The position numbers and the translations under genes are program-made. From the NCBI GenBank assembly GCA_965112735.1, contig OZ218962.1:124001-188000 (forward strand): 64,000 bases of DNA, written 5' to 3'. How positions within the stretch are numbered: the stretch's first letter is position 1; each line of letters opens with the position of its first letter. The notes below the pieces were generated by a model. The model saw nothing but the letters and a program-made list of their open reading frames with translations, was not told where the DNA came from and did not search any database. Below are positions 13,009-25,356 of the stretch, in pieces. The DNA is from Phaeosaccion multiseriatum (taxonomy: Eukaryota > Protista > Ochrophyta, other classes).

Positions 13009-14086
13009 CTAGCCAAGGCAAATGTCAAGGCAATCAAGGGGGGCCTCCCTTGAGGGACGCGGAGTGGGCGAATGAAGCTGGCACGAGGATAGATGGGTGG
13101 GTGGATGTGGGGGGGGGGTGGCTCCTGTGAGGCATGACTGGCGTGAGTGCTTTCGTGCTTTGATTCCTCATCCGACGGCGAGGGGAGGCATGAGAGAGCC
13201 ATCAGGCGCCAGCAGAGGGCAGGCTCTGGGAGACGAGGACTTTACGAATTTAGGTGCATTTATATTGAGGGGACGCTGACATAGCTTGGGAAGGGTGTGA
13301 GCAGCAGCAGTGGGATTACTTCTCACTGACCACTAACTTAGGGGCGCACTAATCTTTTTCAAACTCTTTTACTCTAATAGCAAGACTTTTTCTTTCTTCT
13401 CCTCACCAATACATCCACCTCTCCAACGCTCTCGCACTCTCTCCACTCGCTCCCGCTCTCGCCGCTGTGTTGCGCCGCTATGGTAAGGCCCCACTGCCGC
13501 TGGTCCTGCTCGTCCTGCTGCTGCGGAGGATGCAGCTCCTGCCTCTGTTGCTGAGTGGTGAGTGGTGTAGTGCCACACGTGCTTGACATTGACAGGCCCC
13601 TTCACAGACCGTAAAAAAAAAGGCCGTGCGCGTAGAGGGAGGGCCGGGGGCGGTGAGAAGGGGGGAGGAGGAGAGGGGAAGAGGGCACAGCGACTCGTTC
13701 AGCATGCACCATTCACTTTAACGACTCAAGTACAAAGGCCTCTGACTGCGGGGTCCATCCTTCAGCTTCACTCCATCGCCTGTACACGCACACATGACAC
13801 ACTACCTGCTGTGCTGCTGGGTAGTCGGGTAGTCGACCTCGACGAGCTCTTCGCCTCCGTCCTCTAGGAGCAAGCTTGGTACTCCTCCGCCTTGAAGCAA
13901 GCTTGGTACTCCTCCGCCTGGAGCTTGCTTCCCTGCTGCCCGGTGGTGCTGTGCGCGGCCGCCCCCCTCCGCAAGTATGCGCGCAACCGCGCGTACGTGT
14001 CTGGGCTCTCTGCGGGCTCACCCATCTGCTCCGTAAGAGGACAAGCACGTCTTTGATAAGAGCCTTGTCTACATCAGGAGCGGTCC

Positions 14087-16231
14087 ATGGAGGAGGCACA
14101 AAGAGCGTCGCTGTCCTCCGGGGTGGGCACTCTGCTAGCAGTCACGGATGCCGTAGCGGCCACCAGAGGGCACAAACGAAAGAGGCACAGCACTGAGATG
14201 CAGAAGCAGCATCAGAGTGGGGGTATTGAGGAAAGGGCCCGACTTCCGACAGCCTCCTGGAGGGGTCTGCTCAAGGCCATTGAGCTCATGTCCAAAGGCG
14301 AAGCGACGCAGGACAGTGGCACAATCGAGGCAGAGGCTCTGGCTGAGATGGTGCAGGAGGAAAAGCGGGCCACTAGGCATTGGGACTCTCTCAAGATGCA
14401 TCAGAACATACTGAGGGAGTGGACGGAGGAGGTCAGCAGCGATAAGGACTTCCTGCGGGGAAGACCTTGGAAGAGTCCGTAGCTGCTCGAGACGGGGAGA
14501 GGAAAAGCCTGGTGGATGCGATGAGCCAGGTCCTCCTGATGATTGCGAGGGAGGAGCTGCCCGACAAGGTCCAAGTCGAGAAGAGAGAGGCCGACAAAGT
14601 GGAGAGTCTGCTGGCATCGCTGAGAGAATTCCAAGGGACATTTTTGGGGACGTGCTCAAGAAGGACAGAGGCGAGGGTTATGACGAAAGCTTCGACATTG
14701 GTGCGCTGTGCACAGAGTCGCTGCAAGCTGTGAGGCAGTGGGAGGCAGTGCATGACCTCGCTGCCCTCGCGCAGAGCACTGACGGGCGCTGCAGAGAGCT
14801 GGGGGAGGCGCTGGTGGAAACGCTGGGGTCGCTGGGAGGCACAAGCCCTGCAGTCGAGGGGGGGGCGGCGGCCGTTCGAGAGAGCGAGGACGACGACGAC
14901 AACAAACGGCGGTGTATTCGACTGGCGGTGGAGGCGCAGGCGGCGGTCGACGACGAAAAGAGCAGCACCGAAGCGGATTCTTTGCTCAAAGACCTTCCGC
15001 TCATCGCGGTCCTGGAGGCTGGGGAGCGCCTGCTCGCTTACCACCGGCAGAGGGTGGAGACCATGGAGAGACTGGGCGCCAGACAACACGTCTTCCTCGA
15101 GGTGCTCGCTCAGCAGCAGGAGGTAAGCATCGCCTTCCACAACGCGCTCTCTTCTCTTGTCTGCCCTCTCTCCTACTGTATATCCGCCCGAAGATACTTC
15201 AAGCAGAGGAGCGAAGTGTGGCTCTGAGGGAGTCCACAGTACCTCTTGCGGGAGATTCGACATGCTCTGATGACGCTCCCTGTGCCCTCCAGGTGGTGTC
15301 CAGCGCGTGCTACCCTCCCGACAACAGCGGACTTAAGGCCCTCCGCGCGGAGCTGCACGACCTCCAGGACGAGATGGAGACGCTCAAGCTCAAGATCACT
15401 CAGAAGCAGCGCCGGGGAGAGCCCACAGATGGCCTGCAGGCAGAGCTGAGGCGCGTTCTCTCCGACATCAATGAGAAGGTAGGGTGAGTGCCCTATGGGC
15501 TTGGCTCAACGGGTCCGAAAGCCTGACCACGTGACTGACGTCTCTCCTCTCCCGTTGGCTGTGTGGCTGTGCTCCCCCGCCCAAGTAGAAGCTAAGCCGG
15601 CACATCATGGCGGAGGAGAGCAAGCTGTACCGCCTGGCGCTGGAGCACTACCCCGAGCTGCTGCTGGAGGGCAGCGAGTGGGGCAAGGAGGTGCGCATTG
15701 ATGCCTCCTCCCTCGGGGCAGAGGCGCGGCGCCTGGGTCTCTGGCAGATGGCCGGACGTTGCAGAGCTTTGCCAAGCAGACGCTACTCTCCACGCAGACG
15801 GGAAGGCGTGTCTACCTCGTGGAGGAGGCAGGGGAGTCCACGGCAGAGCAGCAGCAGCAGCAGCAGCAGCAGGACGGCGTGCCTCTCCGGCGCAAAATGG
15901 TGGTGAAAGAGTTCAGCTTGAGGCTGGAAAGGGACATGCGGCGCTTCTACAGACAGGTGCGTCCTGTCTCTCCCTCTTTCTTGCCACGAGTCCGTACGCA
16001 CTCACATCTGAGCCTGCTCTCCCCTCCTCATGTTCCGCTCGCTCCGTGCCCAACAGGTTGCCCTGCTCCATCAGCTGAGGCACCCCAATCTCGTGGGCGT
16101 GTGCGCTGTGTTTCATGACGTCACGGCGGGCTGCTGCTACCTGCAAATGCCTCACTATGCGGGAGGAGATCTCCGAGCCTGGATGGACGCCAACCCCGCC
16201 ACGGCCAGAGATGCCGTCCTCTGCGGACAGG

Positions 16232-16267
<36 letters not shown>

Positions 16268-17940
16268 TGTGTGTGTTAGTGTGTGTGTGTGGGCGGGCAG
16301 AGGGGGGAACAGAGTAAACCACCTCACCCGAATTCTAGCTCGCCACTGAGCGGTTCTCTGCTTCCCCCCGCCGTCCACGCCTCGCAGATTCTGGGCGACG
16401 TGTTGGCCGGGCTGCACCACCTTCACGCAAACGGCCTCGTGCACTGCGACCTCAAGCCCTCCAACGTGCTGCTCACCACGCGAGGCACCGCCGTGCTGTC
16501 GGACTTTGACGGGCTACGCAAGGAGGATGACTTGGCCAGCGGCGTGGGATCGACCACTTTTGTAGGGGGCATCCAGGGAACTGTGCTCTACCTCCCTCCA
16601 GAGCTGCTGCAACCGCGAGGCACGAGTGGCACGGGCCAGGGGGCGGTGAAGAGCCTTATCACCCCAAGCGTCGACATGTTCGCTTTCGGGAGGATGGCGG
16701 AAGAGCTGCTGGAAGAAGAGGTTCAGCTCAGCTGGCGAGAGAGGGAGGACAGCGACAGGGAGGCAGAGCACCACAGGAGAGGTGACTTGCTCAAGGGCTT
16801 GCTCGCTGCTCTGCTGGCCGATGACCCGGCCAAGAGGATGAGCTGCTCGGAGGCGCTGGCCCACCCTCTCTTGGTGGAGCTCGGCAGAAGGACCGCGGAG
16901 GGCGAGGACAGGGTGAAGCAGCGCAAGCTCCAGTGCGGCACCTGCTGGGAGACGTTCCTCGCTGCGGAGGGGGTGCAATGCGACGCGGAGCACTTCATGT
17001 GCGACGAGTGCCTGGAAGGGTACACCACGGCCAAGAGCGAGCCTGCAGAGAGGGAGGCGCTGTACAAGGGTGGGCTGCGGTGTCCCCAGCCTGGCTGCGC
17101 AGCAACGCCCTTCCAAGGACACACCGTTGCCAGCCACGTGTCCGCCTCCGTGTATGAAACGTATCAGACGGCGCTGAACGCGGGGCTGGAGACCAAGGTT
17201 GTGCAAGACATGGAGAGAGTTCACGAGGTGAGGATGAAGGTGGCTGGGGGTGAGGTGGGGGTGAGGATGATGCGTGTGTGGAAGAGATCCTTGAGACGGC
17301 CGAAGGGAAGGTGGTCATGGTCATGGTCATGGTCATGGTCATGGTCATGGTCATGGTCATGGTCATGGTCATGGCTGGACGGACACTGTTTGACGTGCTG
17401 ATGCCATTCTTGCCTGCCGTTTTATGTGGACTGTGTGACGACTGCTGCGTGCGGCTTATCTCTCATCTCCTCCGTGCTGGCTGGCCCTCCTCTCGTCATA
17501 TACCCCTCGTTGTGCAGGAGAGGCTGGAGGCCGTGCGCAGAGACTTTGCCAAGCGATCAGCGGCCGACGCCCTCGAGGAGGAGGCCCGTCAGCACTCGCT
17601 CCGTGTCATCGAAACGGTCATCAACCTGGCCTGCCCACGCTGCAAGCAGGCCTTCGTGGACTTGACCGGCTGCTTCGCCCTCAAGTGTGGCCGCTGTACT
17701 GCGAGCTTTTGCGCCTACTGCCTCGCGGACTGCGGTAACAACGCTCACAGACACGTGGCGGTATGCGCTCAGAACAGGACGGGCGATGTGTACGGCAGGT
17801 TTGAGGTTTTCGAGGCCGCCCAGAAGGGCAGGAGGGAGAGGCTGCTGGCTGCCTACTTGCAGCCCCTGCGGGCACAGCTGAGGGACAGGGTGAGGCAGCT
17901 GCTACAGCCACACGTCAAGGACCTGGGCCTCTCCGTGTGA
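14087..17940 (+). CDS. Coiled-coil + Ser/Thr protein kinase + RING1 + RING2(Rcat)-like fusion, interrupted by three single-base frameshifts (assembly error or pseudogene)
   Basis: Kinase motifs VVKEF, HPNLV, HCDLKPSNVLL, SDFDG, GTVLYLPPE, DMFAFG, RMSCSEALAHP. RING: CGTC...CDAEHFMCDEC...CPQPGC. RING2-like: CPRC...GCFALKCGRC...FCAYC...AHRHV. Exons about 14087-15122, 15293-15478, 15589-15956, 16057-16230, 16388-17227 or 17239, 17518-17940. Confidence 0.8.
17315..17373. repeat. (TGGTCA)n intronic hexanucleotide microsatellite
   Basis: About 10 tandem units seen directly. Confidence 0.9.
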
Positions 17941-18333
17941 AGGACCAGGAAACCGAAACCGAAAGGGAACAGCAGACCGGGGATGAGTAGCAGAGGAGTA
18001 GAGTGTGAAAGTGCGAGGCTTGAGGACGACTCGTCGAGCGTTGTGACTGTACCGTCATACCGCTTTGCGGCCCATCACTGAGTTGTGTCCTTGGAAGATC
18101 ATAACAGTACGGATGGGGAGGACTTTATTGACTTAATAGGAATCACCTAAGAAACTGAAAGTGTGAAAGTGTGTGTGTGTGTGGAGGAGAGAAAAGAGAA
18201 AAAGGGAAATTAGAAATTAGGGATTTCACAGATTGCGACGGCCGTATCGCCACCATGTGCAGGAAAATGGCTGTTGACTTTCTTTTTCCCACAAATTGTG
18301 GATATCTCTCGTGTGCCGAGCTTGGTTGCTGCC

Positions 18334-20783
18334 ATGGAGAGCCTAACCGCGCTGTCCACGGCCATGGAAGAGAGCCAGCGCCGAGCCGTCGAGCTTTCCT
18401 CCAACATCGGACAGGACCTGCGTGGGCTGGGCATGATGAGCACGGGCATGGGCAGGAAAGTTCGAAGACATCGCCACAGGACGCCAGAGGATGGGGAGGA
18501 GGAAGCTGAGGAGGAGAAGGGCGAGGAGGAGGAGCAGGAGGAAGGGGGGGCGGGGGTGAAGAGAATGCCGCTATCCTGGGCGGCGAGCACCCCAAGTCCC
18601 AGTGGAGGTCGAGGAGGAAGGAGTCACAGTCATGGCCTGTCTCACTTGCAGCACCCCATCAACATGCTCGGGGATGTGTCGCCGGAGTCCCCAGCAACGT
18701 CGTCCTCTTCGCTGGAACCCTCTTTAGCCTTGCATGGGTCACGGGTGGCAGGAGACAGGCTGGGAAGGAGTAAGGGGTCGATACTGGAGGTGGAGCAGGC
18801 ACACCGAAGGACAGTGGCCCGGCTGGAGGCAGAACTGGACAGGCAGCAGGAGAACAACCTCGCACAGCGCAGAGAAAAGATGCACTTTGCCACCGAGCTG
18901 CGCGACCGCTTGGAGCAGCAGCAGAATGACGCGCTACACAGGCACACAGAGCAGCAGCTCGAAATGGACCGGCTGGCGGGGCGCTTACGGCAGGCCACAA
19001 AGGAGCTGGACGAGGCCCGCCAGGAAGCAGGGCTGCTGAAGCGCTCCGAGAGGAAGGTGGAGGCATTGCGGGCCGCACAGGAGGCACTGGAGAGCGGCAA
19101 CAGGGACCTTGCCAGAGACAAGGCGGCGTTGGAGCACCAACTGGTGCACTCACAGGAGGCGCTGGAGCAATGCAGAGCGGGGCTTGCGGACAAGAGCAGA
19201 GAGGGCGAGCACCAGCGGCAGCGAGCAGTGGTAGCGCTGCGGGCAGTGGAGAAGGACCTCGAGCAGCTCAAGGCAGAGGCGAAGGGGGCGGAGCACAGGG
19301 CCAAGGTAGCAGAGGCAAAGGCCAGGCACAGCGAGGAACAGCTCTGTCTACACATCAAGAGCGACGCCCAGCAGCTGCAGTTGGAGCGCGTGGGGGAGGG
19401 CGAGGAGAAGGGCCGGAGGGAGGCGGAGGAGAGGGTGGAGAGGGAGAAGGAGAGGGCAGAGGAGGCGGAGGAGGCGCGGAGGAAGGCCTTCCGGGAGGGG
19501 GAGGCACACGAGCGGAGGCGGACCAATGCACACAGCAAGGCGAACAGGGGCAAAGTGTCGGCCCTGCAGGAACGAGTCGAGGGCCTCGAGAGAGAGCTCC
19601 GACAGGCAAAGAGGAAACAGGGGGGGGGCACAGAGGCTCCAGGGCGGCAGGGGAGAGAGGAAGAGGACGAGGAGGAGGAGGAGCGGGTCCGGGGGCGGTT
19701 ACGGGTGGAGCTGCTGCGGGAGCGGAGGGAGAAAGAGGGGATATTCGCGCAGCTTTGCGCCGTGAAGCGTGAGAGGGACATGCTGGGCATGCGGGCAGAC
19801 TCGCTCAGGGTGAGTAGTAAGTCAGGGAGGGAGGGTTGTGCACAAGTAGGGCAGACTGGCTATGCTCCGAGTGGAGTGAGCTGTGAGCTGCCTGCGCGAG
19901 GGAGAGAGGGGGGGGGGGGGGGGTAGAGTGGGAGAGAGAGAGAGAGAAGAGATAGATAGGAGTCGAGCGAATGGCTTTTGGAGCATGGGGTTGAGGGGTT
20001 GGGGGGGGGCTGGCCACACTCGAGGAGGGAGGGTCCGTCACTCTCTCCACCACCTCCCCCACGGAGGAGTCAAGTCCACTTGCCAGAGCTGCCCTTCTTG
20101 GTGACCTTCCACTGACTGACTGAGGACTGACTGACTGACTGACCGACCGACCGACCGACCGACTGGCCTCTCCCTCCGCTGCGTGTTTCCCCTTGCCCGC
20201 CGCTCACCGCCCCCGCCCCCCCGCCTTCCGCTTGAATGTGCAGACCTTGCTGTCCAAACAGGAGCGTGTCCGAGTCGGCTTGGAGCAGCAGCTGGAGGCC
20301 CTCGCGGACAGGGAGGCAAGCGGCGTAGAGGAGCTGCGGCAATTGGTGATCAAGTCCAGCGGCCTGCACACTGCCAACTGTGAGCTCGGCGTTAAGCTGC
20401 AGGTGGTGACGGACCATGCCTACGATCTGTTGCAGGAGCTAGAGGCGAGGGAGGGGGGGAGGGGGAGGAGGAGGGAAAGGGAGGGGCGAAGGGGAGGAGG
20501 AGGAGGAGGAGGAGGAGGAGGAGGCGCCGTGCGGGGCGGTGAGGAGCGTGACGGGCATCGGAGAGGACAGTGCAGCGGAGGCCGCCGTCGGAGGGCTCTC
20601 GGCCGTGCTCTGGGGGGAGGGGAAGAGGAAGGGGAAGAGAAAGACGGAGACGAGGAGCACTACGGTCATTATCACCGGCCGGAACCTGGCCGCCGATGGC
20701 AGCAGCAGCAGGAGGAGGAGGAGGAGGAGGAGGAGGAGGAGGGAGGGGAGCACGAGGGCGGCGATGCGCCGGAGCTGTCGTAG
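18334..20783 (+). CDS. Coiled-coil protein of unknown function
   Basis: Long E/R/Q/L-rich helical ORF 18334-19809, GTGAGT donor, CAG acceptor at 20243, in-frame second exon 20244-20783. Start codon uncertain. Confidence 0.65.
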
Positions 20784-20855
20784 CGAAGAAACGACTAAGC
20801 AGACAAGCAGGCCTTCCAGGACGTCTCTAGACTACGATAGGAGGAGGCGGAGAGG

Positions 20856-20930
20856 CTGGACGGTAGACTGGACGGTAGACTGGACGGTAGACTGGACGGT
20901 AGACTGGACGGTAGACTGGACGGTAGACTG
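20856..20930. repeat. 12-bp tandem repeat (CTGGACGGTAGA)x6
   Basis: Perfect head-to-tail units with no spacers. Confidence 0.95.
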
Positions 20931-20993
20931 TCTGTCCTCTGTGCGAGACGAGAGGCGGCCCCCAAAGCCCTGCTGAGAGGCGCTGCTGAGGGG

Positions 20994-21244
<251 letters not shown>

Positions 21245-21498
21245 GGGGTGGCGGGAGCAGACTGCGCTCGGCATTGCTCATCGTATACATTGTACGTCTC
21301 GCATCCTTACGTATGGTCTCACGTATTGCTCCGTAATATAGTGATGATTGACGGGGGGGGTTGTGCTCTGGGGGCGCACTCACCGAACGAATCGTTCAAT
21401 CGAATCGTTCAATCGTGTTGTCCAGAGTCCAGCTTCTGTTTGGCACATGTGTCGCTCATTCCCTCGCCCTCAGTCTCCTTGCCCTCAGCCCTCAGTTG

Positions 21499-21589
21499 TC
21501 GACCCCTGACGCACTATCGCCCACATTCTCGATAGCGCGCTATCGGGCCCCCGCCGATAGCGGATAGCGGATAGTGCATCAGGGGTTGA
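21499..21589. mobile_element. MITE copy 1 (83-bp element 21503-21585, flanked by TCGA / TTGA)
   Basis: Imperfect terminal inverted repeats CCCCTGACGCACTATC...GATAGTGCATCAGGGG; both ends match the element at 54042-54238 in the opposite orientation. Confidence 0.8.
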
Positions 21590-21770
21590 CTCAGTCTCCT
21601 TGCCAGGCGGTCGCCAGGCGTTGGTTCATCGTCGATCATCGGTGGCGCACCAGGGGATAATGAGCTGAAACTACAACTGAATCTTGAGACCCCCACCACA
21701 CCCACCAACGAGAGCCGCGAAGAAGAGGCTGTGCTGATCAATAGGTTGATTCGTAGGCGCGTTAGCTGCC

Positions 21771-24592
21771 ATGGCGGACACCGCGACAGCCCCGGATGTG
21801 GAGGCAGGTAGGCCGTCCGTCCTCTGTTCCCGCGTCCGCTTGTGCTGGTCCACCGCTGTATCGCGCCTCTGCTGCCTGTCCTCTCTTTCTGTTGAGGGCC
21901 TGGTTTTGCTATGTCGAGTGCTTCAAGGGATCTACGTGTGTATTGCACTGCTGCTGCTGCTACTGCTGCTGGTGGTGGTCTTGGTCTTGCTCCTGGTCCC
22001 CGCCTTTAGTTTGTCACTCCCCACCCCAAACGCCACTCACTGCCCCCCCCCCCCTGCCCCCCTCACACCTAACCACCTCGCAGCCCCCGCTCGCTTCGGC
22101 AGCAACCCCATGGTGGTGCTCGGGTACATCGTGGTGTTCGCCATGTGGGCTCTGCCGCAAGTTATAGCCGTGAGTCAAAACCCGCTCTACATGTTGGACT
22201 CTTTCCGTCCTCCCCCGCCCTTCCCTCCCCTACCCCTCTCATGCCTCTTGTTATCGCTCTGGTGCCCTGCCCTGCCCTGCCGCAAGGCGTTCGTCGGACC
22301 AGTCATTTCATTCAACTCTCTCTTCAACTTTTTCTGTCTCTGCCTTTCCCTCCCCACTTCACTCACGTCCCCTGTTGTTGCTCTGCTGCCCTGCCCAAAG
22401 GTCCCTGTCCCCATTAACATCGTGGTGACAGCCACAGCGCTCGTGTACCTTGGGTGCCATCGCTCCCTCCGCCTCCGGGACAAAGGTCACCCGGACAACG
22501 CAGACAGCGAAGTCATATCGAAGGACGTGAGTTGAGCCGAAGGGGCGAGCATGCACTGTCTTAGTGTATTTCTATCTCCCTCTCCTGTCTCTCTGTCTCT
22601 GCCTGTCTCTCTCTCCCCTCCCCTCTGTTTTCCCTCCCTTCTCACCCTCTCTCTCCCTCCCCTCCCCACTCCCTCCGTCCCCTTCCCACAGGACGCCTAC
22701 AAGTTCCCCCTCATGGGCAGCGCCATGCTGTTCGGCCTGTACCTACTCGTCAAGTTCGTCAACGCCGACCTGCTTGCCAAGCTCCTCTCCTTCTACTTCG
22801 GAGCCCTCGGTGCCGTGACTGTGGCCGGCACTGTGGCCCCGGTGGTGGGGCTGGTGCTGACGAGCAAGAGTAAGTTCGGCAAAGTGTTGATGCTGCCCCT
22901 GTTGGGAGAGGCTGACCTCACCTTCACTCTCGCCGAGCTGGCCAGGTGAGCGAGCCGAGGAGGCGGGGAGGAGGAGGAGGAGGAGGAGGAGGAGGAGGAA
23001 AAGGGGAGGAGTAGGGAAGGCGAGAAGGAGGAGAGGAGGCGGGGAGGGGGGGGAGGCAGGAGGCTGGGCTGCACAGGCAGAAAAAGAGACACTCACACAC
23101 ACAGAGAGAGAGAGAGCACGGGGGGGGCGAAGCACACGCATGGCAAGTGGATGGCAAGTGATGGCAAGTGGCAACACACACAGAGTTGGAAGCAGTGCAC
23201 ACGCTAGACTTTTAAGCAATGCTCAGTGCTCAGTGCTCGAAGGTAGCGCCCTTGGCGAGATGGACCAACACGGCACAGCCGAAGCAAAGACAACCCAAGC
23301 GCCAGACCGTTCCTCCTTTCCGTTCCTCCATCCATTTTGCCGCGTGCTCCTCCCTTCCACTCGTCACCTCTCCTCCCCTCCTCCCCTCTCCCCCTCCCCC
23401 TTAGCCTGGTCGGAGGCATCGCCTTCGCCATCTACTACGCTATGACCAAGCACTGGGCCGCCAACAACCTCATTGGCATGAGCTTCTGCGTGCAGGCCAT
23501 GGAGCGCATCTCGCTGGGCTCTTACCACGTCGGGGCCATCCTTTTGGTGGGACTATTCTTCTATGACATCTTTTGGGTGTTTGGCACGGAGGTGATGGTG
23601 ACGGTGGCCAAGAGTATCGACGGACCCATCAAGGTAAGAGGGGGGGGGGCTTTGCTTCGGCTGTGCAGTGGGGATGGCAGTGGATGGGTGGGTGGGTTGG
23701 TTGTTGAGGTGGAGGGGGGAGGCAATAGAGAGGGAGAGGGAGAGAGAGAGGGAGAGGGAGAGAGAGAGAGAGAGAGGGAGAGAGAGAGAGAGAGAGTGGA
23801 TTCGAGGCCCAAGCGTGGGGGGCGGGCTAACACGAGATCGACAACAGTCTATCCACTGCCTTACCCTTCACTTCACGTCCATCCTTTCCCACCCCACCCC
23901 TTCGCACCCCGCTCCAACACCTTGCTCCTCCTCCCTTCCCTCCTCTCCTCTCCTGCTCCCTTCCCCTCCCCTGCGTGTGCCCATCCCGTCGCTCAGTTGC
24001 TCTTCCCCCGAGTGCTGGCAGCCCTGTCCGACCCTGACGCGGACCCGCCCGTGAAGAACCAATTCAGCATGCTGGGCCTTGGGGACATTGTCATTCCAGG
24101 TATAAAGTTGTGCATAGGTGTATGGGCCATGTGCGTGTATTGTGCACATGCAGGCAGTCGCCAGACCTTCAATCTGGAGAGGCTGCAGGGCGTTTACATA
24201 CTCCCACGGAACTCTTACGTAGGCTTTCATACCTCCCTCCCCCCTGTTTCCTGCACACGCACACGCACGGAGCAGGCATCTTTGTGGCCCTGCTGCTGAG
24301 ATTCGACGCTGAGCGCAAGGGCGTGGCAGTGACGCAGGGAGAGCACGCCTGCTTCCAGCGCCCCACCTTCCACGCCGGGGTGGTTGGCTACATCCTGGGC
24401 CTGTCCACTACCATCTTCATCATGTATCGCTTCGACGCCGCCCAACCCGCCCTGCTCTACCTCGTGCCTGCTTGTCTGCTGTGCTCCAGCGGGGTGGCCA
24501 TGGCCCAGGGACAGTTCAAGGCTTTGTGGGCCTACAGCGAGGAGGACGAGGAGAAGGAGGAGGAGGGGGAGGGGGACAAGAAGACGAAGTGA
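21771..24592 (+). CDS. SPP: Signal peptide peptidase (GxGD intramembrane aspartyl protease, peptidase A22B)
   Basis: FFYDIFWVFGT, LGLGDIVIPG and QPALLYLVP motifs; C-terminal KKTK ER-retrieval signal. Exons: 21771-21807, 22084-22169, 22401-22526, 22692-22945, 23405-23633, 23997-24099, 24276-24592. Confidence 0.95.
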
Positions 24593-25356
24593 GGCCTCGG
24601 GGGGGGCGGTGTAGATGATAGGGGCTCAAGGAGAAGCGGTTACGGAAAGGCAGCGCGAACTGAGCGGAGGGGGAGGGGACTGAGGGGCACAGGAGGCGCT
24701 GACTGACTACACATACTGCGCATGGCGTTGTTTGTTGCTTGCTCACTGACTGACTACTCATGGCTATGGCTTTCTGCGCTCGAGGCAGCAGGTCGGCAGC
24801 AGGACGGGCAAATAGGCGGGCAGCAGCAGTAGCAGCGGCAATTGGTGGTACAGCAGTTGGTGCAGCAGTCCACTCAGTGAGCACGTGGGCGTACTATTGT
24901 ATGCCCTTAGCGTTCCTCTTTGAAGCTTTGTTGCTATTGCGCCAATGGCCTTGCAGCACTCGCCATCTGTGATGTGCTGTGCTGCAGTGAGGGGTCACGC
25001 GACATGGAGGGAGGAGTGAAGGGAAGGGAAGGGAAGGGGGTGTAGCAGGAGGGGGGAAAGAGGGCTCCGCAACTCACCAAGCTCTCTGATTCGATTAGCG
25101 AATTGATATGATATTTATAAATAATAGTGCATGATCGCTAATAAGAGAAGCGAGCAGACCCCCTTTCTCTCGTTTCAAGATGTCTCTCCCATCTCCTTCG
25201 CCACGCTCTTGCCTGTGCCTGGGCTCTCCATGAGACGAGGACAGACAGGCTAGAGCGGCGATTTCACCGAGGACCGGCAGCGCATCCACTGCCATCGGGG
25301 ACCAGCAGCACATTCCCTGTCATCTCCTCAGCGGGCCTCCCTCCCCGCGCTCCTCT

